From: Macrostomum lignano
Lineage: Eukaryota
Reading direction: 5' to 3'
Length of the DNA: 64,000 bases
Assembly: GCA_002269645.1 (NCBI GenBank)
Contig: NIVC01000286.1
Span: 310,001 to 374,000, forward strand
Shown here: positions 1-18,069 of the stretch, one piece after another
Numbering within the stretch: the first letter of the stretch is position 1
How the letters are laid out: the number at the start of each line of letters is the position of its first letter
Translations under genes and position numbers: made by a program
Notes under the pieces: model-generated
Database searches by the model: none
What the model was told of the DNA's origin: nothing
What the model saw: only the letters and a program-made list of their open reading frames with translations

Positions 1-1986
1 GACTGCCGGGTTGTGGATGATCTCGCCTCCTCCCTGGGCGGGGCGATCACCACTGCCTATGAGGCAGCCTGCCCTCTAAAGGCCTACAAAGGCAAGAAAT
101 CTGCTCCTTGGTGGAACCCACAGCTCGGGGTCCTTCGGCGCCGAGCCAGGACCCTCCAAAGGCGAGCGCCCAAAACCAAAGACCCATCTGATAGAGAGAC
201 CTATACCCGTGCGATCCACGAGTTTAAGGGCCAAGTCAAAAGGGCCAAGACGGCCAAATAGCGCCAATATTGCGAAGGGCTTGAGGGTTCTCGCCCGGTA
301 GCCCATGTGGTTAAGGCACTCACGAACGACCGTTTTTCTAAACTCTCTGTTGTGAAGAGACCTGATAGCTTGGTCACAGAGAGCTCTGAAGAGACTCTAG
401 AGCTCATGCTCAAAAGTTTCTTCCCCAAATCTCCGACTCAGCAGTTCCGCTGCCTGGGCCTCACTCTAACTGGACTCCGCACATTCAAACTAAAGCTAAA
501 AAAGCCCTGGCTCAGATCAGGCCCGCCTTGGGCACCACCTGGGGACTCACCCCCAGGAAGCTGTGGTGGATTTACACAATTACACTGCCATTATCCGCCC
601 CTCGATCAGACGTTACGCCAGCCTCGTGTGGGCCAGCGGTCTGAGCGTCAAGAGCTAGCAACCTCGACGCTCCTACAAAATCCAGGGCAGGGCCTGCCGC
701 ATGACTATGGGCGCCCCACCCTCTACTCCCTTTGCCTTCCTCTGGATATTTATGTCAAAGGAGAGGCGGCGAAGAGCACCCGGCGTCTTTTGGATGCTGG
801 GGTGGCCTTCAAGAAAGTGCGGGCCTTTAAGAAGCGGTCGCTTATCCCGCACTCTGACCTCTGCCTCAAGGCTCTCGAGGAGTTTGGCGGGCTCAACATT
901 CTCACGGACTCGATCCCAGCCACCCTTCTTCAAAAGTATAAGGTCACTATTCAGCCTCGACACGAGGCGAGTAACAGCTGGAGCGATTCTGAAGTCCACT
1001 GTTACACTGACGGCTCTATGAGGCATGGTCTCTCAGGCTTCGGAGCTGCGCCTTCTTCAAGGGAGAAGCGGTGTGGAGCTACTCCCAGCACACTGGGCTC
1101 AACTCCAGTGTATTTCAGAGCGAGGTGCTTGCTATCAGCTCCTGCGCGGCAGAGCTGCGCCGAAGGCAGCTCAGCGGTCGGAAATTTATTTTTCACTCTG
1201 AAAGCCAAGCAGCCCTTCGGGCCCTCCGCCGCAGCACCACCAGCTCCAAATCTGTCCTGGACTGCAACACCCAGCTCAACGGGCTGGCGCTAGGCAACCA
1301 GGTGGAGCTCAGATGGATCCTGGGCCACGCTGGTTTCCTCGGCCACGAGCGCGCTGACCTGCTGGCTCCGCCGGCGCGCTGCTGGGGCCGGGCCCGGGGG
1401 CCCCCATCCGCCTCAGTGATCAACTCCCGCGTTAAGCGCTGGACTGATTCCGAGCATCTCCGCAGGTGGCGCGACACCTGGAATTGCAGGCAATCCCGTG
1501 CGGCCGTCCCCTTCCCCTCTCCTCTCCTGCGTAGAGCCCTCCTCAGGCTCAACCGCAGATCCCTCAGAGCAGTCAGCATGGCCCTCTCCGGGCATGGCTG
1601 CTTCTCTCGCCACAGCTTCATTCAGGGCCAAGTACCCGAGGAGCGGTGCCCCTTCTGCCGCTCAGGCAGTGAAAACGCCGAGCACTTTATCTGCCACTGC
1701 CCCTGCCCGGTTTTCACCAGGGCCAGGCTCACTTACCTCGGGCCAAACCCGGTTCTTTCCGAGAGCATCCCGCCGCTCGCCCGGTACCTCAGGGACACGG
1801 GACGAGCTGATCTCTTCCCCACCGCCGGTGAGGAGGACCGCGCTGCAGGCGAGACCGACGGGTCCCCCTGAGCGACATCGCTTCGTCGGAAGCCATTGGT
1901 CGCCAGGGGCTAGCGAAATGGGCGGTCTCCTCCGCCTCCTCGCTGCATCCGCCGGACGCCGCCTGCAGCTAAGTCAAGTAAGTCAA
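1..1986 (+). mobile_element. Degenerate non-LTR retrotransposon (LOA/R1-group-like) with RNase H; RT core internally deleted
   Basis: Frameshifted ORF pieces: pre-RT linker (AYEAACP...APWWNPQL, LELMLKSFFP), RT end-like QFRCLGLTL, RNase H (HCYTDGS, SVFQSEVLAI, HSESQAAL, LRWILGHAGFLGHERAD) and C-terminal CPFC...EHFICHC. Ends in a TAAGTCAAGTAAGTCAA tail at 1970-1986. The 5' part lies outside the window. Confidence 0.85.
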
Positions 1987-2892
1987 ACAAGCTGTTGCAA
2001 CCCGTGGTTTTAAACCCCCTAACCCTGGTCGTCGCCTCGCTTGGGTCCCCATGAAACTTCTCTCCTCTTTTCTCTCTCCCCTACTCTCTCATCTCTTCTC
2101 TTTCCTCTCTACTCTATCATTTCTCCTCTCTTACATGTACGAGTCAGAAAGTGGGGAGATAAGAGAGAAGCGAGAGAAGCTATGGGAGTCCATAGCGCTT
2201 AAATTTGTACACACACAGACAGAGCTTTAATTTTTATATACACAGATTAGTTCGCAATTTCATAAAGATAATTACTGTTTGGTGCATAACAGAAAAGCGT
2301 TGATTTGTTATAATTAAAATAAATATTATCGCGTACAAATGCCAAGCAACAGCAGGTATATTTTGACAGTAATAATTTAAATAAATTCAGTTAAAAGACA
2401 CAGTCTTTGAGATTGCGGGTGAAACATCCTATATACTAAAAATGAGTTGTCTGTGGGTATGCGATAGATTTCAGAAAAATTGGCTCAACCGATTTTCTTC
2501 AAACTTGCACCATTCGATCAGAAATTTTCCTGGGACGGTACATGCATCTTGGCTAAGAAATTGCTCAATGTTAAAGGGATTAAATATTTGAAAAACATGT
2601 TTTTTTGCAAAGGTCAAGCAAAATTTTCGACTTGAAATGCATTGTAAGAATGCTAGAGAAAAAACTGACTGGCTGAATTCCGATTGTGATAAAGATTGCA
2701 TCACAACAAGTTGAAAACAGTGTCAAAGAAATGCACACACGACTTGAATGAAATTGCGTAACCATATTGACAACTTAAATTGAGACTGATTCTGGCTGAC
2801 TGAGAAATTGATTATGTCATAACTTTTTACTCCAATTGACTTGCTGTAAGAATTGAATTATAAGGGCCACAATTTATGTTCTCCAATTGAAA

Positions 2893-2960
2893 AAGATAGC
2901 CCAGATGCGAACAGACTGGAATGCTAATGTAGCGACTTGGGTTCGAATCTTAGTAGGGCA
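2893..2960 (+). other. tRNA-derived fragment (Pol III A/B box-like) inside the Helitron
   Basis: TAGCCCAGATG (A-box-like) and GGGTTCGAATC (B-box). No complete cloverleaf. Confidence 0.4.
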
Positions 2961-3029
2961 AAAAAGATTTTTTTTTATTAAAACACCTTAAAAACACAAA
3001 ACTTCTAAACATAAAAGAAGCGCAATGTC

Positions 3030-5250
3030 AAACATAGAAGAGCCACCATGTCGAACATAAAATAGCTAACATATCGAATATTAAAGAGCCACCATGTCAA
3101 ACCTAAACGAGCCACCATGTCTAATATTTAAGAGGCACCATTTAAAACATATAAGTGACTTTATGTCAAACATAAAAGAGCCACCATTTCGAACATTAAA
3201 CAGCCACCATTTCGAAATTAAAGAGCCACCATGTCAAAAATAAAAGAGCCACTATTTCGAACATTAAAGAGCCACCATTTCCAACATTAAAGAGCCACCA
3301 TGTCGACCATAAAAGAGCCACTATTTCGAACATTAAAGATCCACCATGTCAAACATAAAAGAGCCAACATGTCAAACATAAAAGAGCCAACATGTCAAAC
3401 ATAAAGAGCCACCATGTCAAACATTTAAGAGCCACCATGTCAAACATATATGTGACTTTATGTCAAACATTAAAGAGCCACCATTTCGGACATAACAGAG
3501 CTACCATGTCAAACATTAAAGAGCCACCATGTCGAACATAAAAGAGCAACCATGTAAAACATTAAAGAGCCACCATGTCAAACATTAAAGAGCCACCATG
3601 TCGAACATTAAAGAGCCACCATGTCAAACCTAAAAGAGCCACCATGTCGAAAATAAAAGAGCCACTATTTCGAACATTAAAGAGCCACCATTTCGAACAT
3701 TAAAGAGCCACCATGTCGACCATAAAAGAGCCACTATTTCGAACATTAAATATCCACCATGTCAAACATAAAAGAGCCAACATGTCAAACATAAAAGAGC
3801 CAACATGTCAAACATAAAGAGCCACCATGTCGAAAATGAAAGAGCCACTATTTCGAACATTAAAGAGCCACCATTTCGAACATAAAGAGCCACCATGTCG
3901 ACCATAAAAGAGCCACTATTTCGAACATTAAAGATCCACCATGTCAAACATAAAAGAGCCAACATGTCAAACATAAAAGAGCCAACATGTCAAACATAAA
4001 GAGCCACCATTTCGAACATTAAAGAGCCACCATTTCGAACATTAAAGAGCCACCATTTCGAACAATAAAGAGCCACCATGTCAAACATGAAAGAGCTATA
4101 ACATGAAAAATATTAAAGAGCCACCATGTCGAACATTAAAGAGCCACCATGTCGAACATTTAAGAGCCACCATGTTAAACCTAAAAGAGCCACCATGTTA
4201 AACCTAAAAGAGCCACCATGTTAAACCTAAAAGAGCCACCATGTTAAACCTAAAAGAGCCATCATGTCAAACCTAAAAGAGCCACCATGTCGAACACTTA
4301 AGAGCCACAATGTAAAATATTAAAGAGCCACCATTTCGAACATATAAGTGACTTTATGTCAAACATTAAAGAGCCACCATGTCAAACATTAAAGAGCCAC
4401 CATGTAAAACAAAAGAGCCACCATGTCAAACATTTAAGAGCCACCATGTTAAACATAAAAGAGCCACCATGTAGAATATTAAAGAGCCACTATGTTGAAC
4501 ATTAAACAGCCATCATGTCAAACCTAAAAGATCCACAATTTCGAACACTTAAGAGCCACAATGTAGAATATTAAAGAGCTACCATGTCAAACATTTAAGA
4601 GCCACCATGTCAAACATTTAAGAGCCACCATGTAAAACATTAAAGAGCCACCATTTGAAACATTAAAGAGTCACCATGTCAAACATTTAAGAGCCACCAT
4701 GTCAAACATTTAAGAGCCACCATGTCAAACCTAAAAGAGCCACCATGTCAAACCTAAAAGAGCCATTATGTCGAACATAAAAGAGCTATACCATGAAAAA
4801 CATTAAAGAGCCACTTTCTCGAACATTAAAGAGCCACCATGTCAAACATTTAAGAGCCACCATGTCAAACATTTAAGAGCCACCATGTCAAACCTAAAAG
4901 AGCCACCATGTCAAACCTAAAAGAGCCACCATGTCGAACATAAAAGAGCTATACCATGAAAAACATTAAAGAGCCACTTTCTCGAACATTAAGGAGCCAC
5001 CATGTCAAACATTTAGAAGCCACCTTGTCAAACATTAAATAGCCACTTTGTCGAACATTAAAGAGTCACTGTGTCAAACATAAAAGAGCCACTGTTTCAA
5101 ACATAAAAGAGCCACCAGGTTAAACATTAAAGAGCCACCATGTAAAACATAAAAGAGCCACCATGTCTGACATTAAAAAGCCATCGTTTCAAACATAAAA
5201 CAGTTGCCATGTAGAACTTAAAACAGCCACCATGTCAAACATAAAATTTA
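3030..5250. repeat. Minisatellite, ~23-bp unit AAAGAGCCACCATGTCAAACATT
   Basis: Dozens of diverged tandem copies are directly visible. Confidence 0.97.
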
Positions 5251-5334
5251 CACAATTTCAAACATAAAAGTAAGCGAATTTTAAAGGAGCCACTATAATG
5301 CTAAGGAAATTATCGCACTAGCTACTTATTGTCT

Positions 5335-5730
5335 GGTGGATGCTTGCTATTTGGGGATGCTATCTATGTAGGGGATGCTTGCTATCTGGCGGATGCTTGC
5401 TATCTGGGGGATGCTTGCTATCTGGGGGATGCTTGCTATCTGGGGTTGCTTGTAATCTGGAAGATGCTTGCTATCTGGCGGATGCTTGCTATCTGGGGGA
5501 TGCTTGCTATCTGGGGATGCTTGCTATCTGGGGGATGCTTGCTATCTGGGGTTGCTTGTAATCTGGAAGATGCTTGCTATCTGGCGGATGCTTGCTATCT
5601 GGAAGATGCTTGCTATCTGGCGGATGCTTGCTATCTGGGGGATGCTTGCTATCTGGGGGATGCTTGCTATCTGGGGGTTGCTTGTAATCTGGAAGATGCT
5701 TGCTATCTGGGGGATGCTTGCTGTCTTGGG
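5335..5730. repeat. Minisatellite, 18-bp unit GGGGATGCTTGCTATCTG
   Basis: Tandem copies are visible and explain the repetitive ORFs here. Confidence 0.97.
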
Positions 5731-6359
5731 ATGATTTCTTTTTGCATTGCACTTCCTTTGAGTATTTTGTCTGTTTTTTTTGTGAAGGCCTTTTTTGGCT
5801 ATCTTTTTGTTACTTGTAGAGAACAGAGGTTCTATACAGATGTCCCCCAACGGGGGGCGAAGATTGCTAGTTTATTATATAAAAATACTTGGATATAACA
5901 TGCAAATAAATTAAATAATAGATTTAACAAGCACACGTTTATACGCCTGAAATGAAAACAAAAAAACCGCGACAGCAGGTAAATGCAAACACGAGTTATT
6001 TACAGAGTATTAAGCCATAAACAAGAATAAAAATGAACTGACCATCGCCTTCCATACGTAAATGCTGATTGCCTTCTGGGAAACAAAAATAAGCGCAACT
6101 CCTACTGCAAGTAGCAGCATGCGACTAAAGCACTGATATCTGATATTCATACATGGGTACAGTACAGTTCAGTAAAACAAAATATTTTAAACGGTATTTG
6201 ACCGGGACGTGCATTGGTAAGCATAAATAAAAATTGCTATGCACAAAACCGACTTTTGTGTCCGCGAGACGACACAGCTTTCATTGGATTTGGATTTGGA
6301 TTGGATTTACGAGTAGTATGCTATTTATATATACATATACACAATATTCTCACCCCCTT

Positions 6360-7095
6360 AAAATCTGACCCCTAAAAACCTGACTAAAAAAGACTCATTT
6401 GCAAAAATCTCACCCTAAGAATCTCAAACCTTTGAATCTTACCCCTAAGAATCTCACCTCTAAGAGTCTCAAACCTAAGAATCTCAAGCCTAAGAATCTC
6501 AAGCCTAAGAATTTTTCAAACCTAAGAATCTCACCCCTAACAATCTCAAACTTTTGAATCTTGCCCCTAAGAGTCTCAAACCTAAGAATCTCACCCCTAA
6601 GAATCTCAAACTTTTGAATCTTACCCCTAAGAATTTCAAACCTAAGAATCTTACCCCTAAGAATCTCGAACTTTAGAATCTTACCCCTAAGAATCTCGAA
6701 CTTTAGAATCTTACCCCTAAGAATCTCGAACTTTAGAATCTTACCCCTAAGAATTTCAAATCTAAGAATCTCACGCCAAAGAATTTCAAACCAAAGAATC
6801 TCACCCCTAATAATCTCAAACTTTAGAATCTTACCCTAAGAATTTCACACCTAAGAGTCTCACCCCTAAGAATCTCAAACTTTAGAATCTTACCCCTAAG
6901 AATTAAAAACCTAAGAATCTCACCCCTAAGAATCTTACCCCTAAGAATTTCAAACCTAAGAATCTCACCCCTAAGAATTTCAAACCTAAGAATCTCACCC
7001 CTAAGAATCTTAAACTTTAGAATCTTACCCCTAAGAATTTCAAACCAAAGAATCTCACCCCTAAAAATTTCAAACCAAAGAATCTCACCCCTAAC
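6360..7095. repeat. Minisatellite, ~15-16-bp unit CCTAAGAATCTCACC
   Basis: Tandem copies with alternating variants. Confidence 0.95.
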
Positions 7096-7241
7096 AAATT
7101 AACAATGTCACCAGAAAGAAAATTTCGCCTCTTAGAATCATAGCAAGCTTAGTCTCAACTGATAAAATGGCCACTTTCTAAGAGCCTTATCAGACGAAAT
7201 CTCACCCTGAAGGCAGGTGAGGAGAGATGCACTTTGCCCTA

Positions 7242-13291
<6,050 letters not shown>

Positions 13292-13639
13292 GGGGAAGAT
13301 AGGAGGAACGGAGTTCGGATACAACTGTCTTTTGACGTTAGGCAGAAAGCCAGAAAATTGCTACTTGAAGCAAGATTCCTCAAAATGAATCGAGCAGACT
13401 CACGCGGATGGTGTTGGCTCGAAATTTTTACGCCTCAGCGCTATTAGCCACTTGTTCTTCATTTTGTTGTCCTTTGGAAGAGTATGGAAGGACACTCCTG
13501 CCAGAGACATCGCTCAGCAGCAAGAGCTGCCATGAGTTCCTTTTCTTTTTCTCGGAAATTTGGATGATTAAGACTGTTCTTCCATTTCGTTATGAGCTAA
13601 GTTTGCTTAGCTGGTTCAAATTAGTTTAAGTATTGCTAC

Positions 13640-13960
13640 TTTGGTTCGCAGGCCTTATTTAAAAAGGGGTTTTCCCCAGGCCTCTCTCTGGTGAGGAGCC
13701 TGGGGAAGCAACCCCTAAAACCCCTCCTTCATGCTCATTGGCTAGAGGGTTTCAAACACACTAGGATACCTTGCAAACACACCCATACACATTTACAGTA
13801 TCTCTCTACCCACCACCGCCAGCGAGCCCTCCCTTCTTAGCTAGTTTTCGAACCACCAGACAATTTATTTATATAGTTAGTTATATAGTTGCCATAACCG
13901 ACCTAATTTTTATAGGTCGGTATGGGAAGTGAGCTAAAAATAGCAGCCAATGAGCAGGAA
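13640..13960 (-). promoter_or_regulatory. Candidate core promoter of the zinc-finger gene
   Basis: TATA-like TTTAAATAAG on - at ~13654-13663. CCAAT boxes (AGCCAATGAG) at ~13734-13743 (-) and ~13947-13956 (+). Position is upstream of the first exon. Inference only. Confidence 0.35.
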
Positions 13961-13981
13961 GCAGGGGTTTTGCGAGGGGAC

Positions 13982-14212
13982 ATCACAAACCCGAAAAATC
14001 ACAACTCCGAAAAGCGCTTTCCATCATAAACCCGAAATATCATAAACCCGAAATACCACAAACTCGAAATATCAAACTCCGAAAGTTCTAGCAATGTCCA
14101 ACACTATTTTGGTTTTCGGTTTCGGAATTATGATATTTCGGGTTTGTTTGTGATATTTTGGGTTTATGATGGGAAGTGCTTTTGGAGTTGTGATTTTCAG
14201 GTTTATTATGGC
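13982..14212. repeat. Fold-back inverted repeat (~100-bp arms built of ATCATAAACCCGAAAT-like units)
   Basis: 13982-14085 is the imperfect reverse complement of ~14115-14212. Confidence 0.8.
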
Positions 14213-14692
14213 GACTCCACCCCTGTGTCTTGGGGGTTAGTCGGGAATCGCACGAACCCCCCCCCCCAGGCAACAAGCCCTATTGCACAAATTAAAATAG
14301 GGGGAGGGGGCAGCCTCCAAAAGATGCGAAGTTAGACCACCAACACCAAAGAATAACATTTTAAATCTATTATGTCCCTTAAACCCTTTGAATTCTATTT
14401 TGCATCACTTCGAATATTCCTTTTGCTAGGTGCAAAAGTCTTGCATTGCGTCACCCTAAAGTGTATACTTTCAATTCAAAAGCGTTCCAGCTTCGCCTTT
14501 CTTCATTATAACTTGATAATTATATTGCAACACGCACATCTCTTCTTTCCCCTACTCACTCAAATGCCTTTACCCTGAAGCTCCAAGTTATTGATCCTTC
14601 TCCCTTGTTTTAAAAGCCATTCGTAACCCCATTAAGACAAGCAAGCTACAGCGACAGAAAACAAGGGAGATGGTTAGATGCGCTAAATAAAG

Positions 14693-15040
14693 CAGGGGTT
14701 GGCAAACTTCAGCCCGCAGGCCACATGCGGCCTGCAAAGACTCTCTATGTGGCCCTTGGGTCCTTCGAAACTTTACAATAGCAATCCAGCCCACTCAATG
14801 TCTATATCTCTTCTCAGTGCTCTTCTTTCTAATCTCTTCTCTTCCTCTCTCCTCTTGCTTCTCTTTTTCTCTCTTCTTTTCTCTCTTGTTTGTCACTCGT
14901 GTTGTCTCCTTTTCTTTATTTTCTCGCCTCCACTTTCTCTTATTTTCCTTTTTACTTATCTAATCTCTCCTCTCTCCCCTCATCCAGCTTGCAGTCATGC
15001 TTAGGTTTTTAATCTGGCCCTTGGGGTAAAAGGGTCTGCC
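14693..15040 (+). mobile_element. hAT/Charlie-like MITE with CT-rich interior
   Basis: Begins CAGGGGTTGGCAAAC...GGCCACATGCGGCC (MER58-like terminus). Both ends match 22306-22681 in inverted orientation. Confidence 0.7.
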
Positions 15041-18000
15041 TGCACTAAAGAGTTTTTAGGTAAAATTTTAGTATATAGATTTAGGTAAGTTTTTAAGGTG
15101 AATAGTCAAATGCATCAACTATATATAAGGGGTTGGGGGTGTCATGCAAATTTATTGTGCCATAAACCAAAATAATATTTTCAGAGTTTAGGGGCAATTC
15201 TGAATTTGAAAACTTGTGATTACAATTATGGAGTTAAGGAGCAATTACTAATTAGAGTTAAAAGCATGTTTTTAAGCAGAAAATATAAATGAGATTGATG
15301 TTGCCCATCATTTTATACAACACCCAGCCAACAAGATCCAACTATTGCTTCAAATCCTAATTAATTACAAATTAATTCCATTTTTTTTATTTGCTATCTT
15401 AAGGTATTAACAAGTTTTTGTTTGAATATGACTTTAAATTTGGGATTGCAATTTTGGGAACTAAGATAAGGAAAGTATTATAGGAATAGAATGGCTAATC
15501 AATTTTCTATCAATCTTGCAAGCTGGTGATGGCGAACTAAAGGTCAGTGTTAAAGATGGGCTCTAATTAGTAGCTGTCCAAGAATGATAATTAGTTAACT
15601 GTCAACTCTGAAAACTAAATCTCATTATTATTGCTCTTCTTATTCTATCTAAGCAAGTGAATTCTATTTTGTCTATAACTCTCTCTCTGTGTATACGAGT
15701 AGTTAGTGCATTCCTTTTTGTCAGCCAAGGGTAAATATGCTTATATATATATATTTATAGATACAAATAGTGCATTCAAAATTGTTATCAAGAGGGTATA
15801 AGATAGTGGTTATATGGAAAGCCTACTTTTTTTATTCAAAAAATCAAAATTTCTATGCAATTTTAGATCCATGCCAATCTAAGAAAAATGCATTGTTTTA
15901 CTATAGACATTTTCCAAAAAAATTGCAAATTCTTTTTTGCTATTGCTATAAATGCACTATAATTTTGGGATTCAATGATTGGTATTTATTAGATTTTACC
16001 AATTTAGTTTCTGGTAAGGAAGACCAACCTTGCCCACCATGATTTAGTTCAAGCCTTGAATAATAAAGTTAATGATTAATAAGCTGGTCCAAGTAAAACC
16101 TTAGAGAATTCAATTTAACTTAGTAGCTTTTTTAGTGAAATGAAGTGGAAGAAACTTATGCCACATATACTATTGATAATTTATTTGATTTGAAAAAAAA
16201 CTAAAGTAAAAGATAAAGTAGATCTCAAGGCATACATATAGAATACTAAAAACTTTAAAGCTCTAATTTTGAGAATGCCTAAGACTGGAAGGGATATATA
16301 TGCAATATACTTAATGCTTTCTTAATATCAAAATTAAATACATTATTTATATAAACATATATATATGTATATATATAAACATCCCTAATCCCACTGATAA
16401 AAAATACATTGGCCTAATTGTAGATAGAAGATACAATATTACTAGGGAAAATAGAATTTATACTTGCTAAAATATAATCAAAAAACCAATATTAACCCCT
16501 AGCCCATAGTTTGGATTAGATCATATATTAGTGTTTGCCAGGTATAATGCTGGAAAAGAATGACGAGACCTTGTTTGTACACTGGGTTTGTGCACCAATA
16601 CAAAAATTTGTCATTTGATACAATATATCTGCTATGTTATATATGCCAGTATATAACATAGCAGATATCTTGATATATGCTGAAAATAGTAAGACCCTTG
16701 TTGTATGCCGGATTTCCTGGTGTACATGTTGCTTTCCCAACCATGGGCCCTAGCCAATGAGTATACTTTAAGTCAAGACATTGAATTGCCATATTCTCCA
16801 CACTCTGGATCATGTAGTATATGCCCAAAAATTTGGGCATGCATTGGCCTTGCATGCTAAAAGTAGGTCTGCACAATTGGCGTGCATCATTCCTAAGAAA
16901 ATAATATGCATGCATACTTAGCATAGGGAATCACATATATAATCACATAGAGGAGTTATTTTGAAATAGAATAAAGATAAAAAAGTTCATTTTTAAGTAT
17001 AAATTTCAAGGTTTCCAGGTTTTTAAGCTCATATAGAAGCATTTAAACAAATTTATATGTGTATCAATTTTCTACTAGAAATAGTATTGCTAAAAAAGCA
17101 GAAAAATTAACCAATTTATCTGCCAAAAAGGATTGATTACACAATTCAAAAAAGGTCATTTATTGTCACAACATTGGCATAGTTTTGAGAATAGGCATGC
17201 ACTCAAAAGTTTGGTATGCATTTATAATTATTTGATTTTTGTTTAGGCATGCACCCAATATGATCTGGACTATGGCATATCTAAAGGCTATCTAGCAAAG
17301 AGAAGGCTAAGGAAAACATAGTTTGGCACATTTGAAAGAACTAAAGATTTTGCTATAATTAGGGGCCTATTTCTTACTATACTAGTAACTAACTAGGTAG
17401 ATAAGCACTATTAGATAATTGAGTAGGCTAAGGTCAAATCAAAATGCAAATCTAATAAAAATCAATATTATCATAGAATAAAACCTAAAATTTATATAAA
17501 ATAAAGACAAAAGTATTATTATCTATAAATAATCAGTATTTCTATAAATCTATCATTAAAACTATTAGAAATTTTATTTATTAATTTAATTAGGCCTAGG
17601 ATTAGAATCCAAACTAAGTCTAAAAATAAATAAATTAGGCTATATATTTAATATTAATAATTATAAAAATAAATTTAGAGAAGACTTTTAAATTTCAAGA
17701 CTTTAAAGTGTGGAGTCCTGTAGTTAGAGACTTAGAAATCTTAAAATCTTAACCCTTCTTATATGCGGCATGCTACTGACTTAACGATGATTATGTTGAC
17801 TTATCTATACATATACAATTTTATATAACACTGGTACACGAATGGCAAGTCCACTGGAACGTGAACCCTGAAACTTGCTGCAGCAACGACGAGATATAAG
17901 TGAGTCAAAAACCAAAAACGAATCAAGTCAAGTCAAAATTTTAAATTTGCGAAAAGAGTCGTTTAACAAAAGCAGGTTTAAATAAACAGAGAAACACGCT

Positions 18001-18069
18001 AAACGCTATTGTTTCACTGTTTTTAACTAAGAGTATCACTATTATTTTCAGTTTTGAAATAAATTACCA

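Larger units (their letters stand above)
2427..5870 (+). mobile_element. Non-autonomous Helitron-like element carrying tandem arrays
   Basis: 5' end A|TCCTATATACTAAAA followed by GGCTCAACCGATTTT. 3' end has a TCCCCC-AAC-GGGGGG hairpin (5843-5857) then CTAG|T (5867-5871). A|T insertion with no TSD. Confidence 0.65.

Noticed and set aside
15050-17800. AT-rich region with weak RT-like words (PKFLGI) and TTAACCC piggyBac-like starts
   Set aside because: There is no coherent motif series and no matching opposite terminus.
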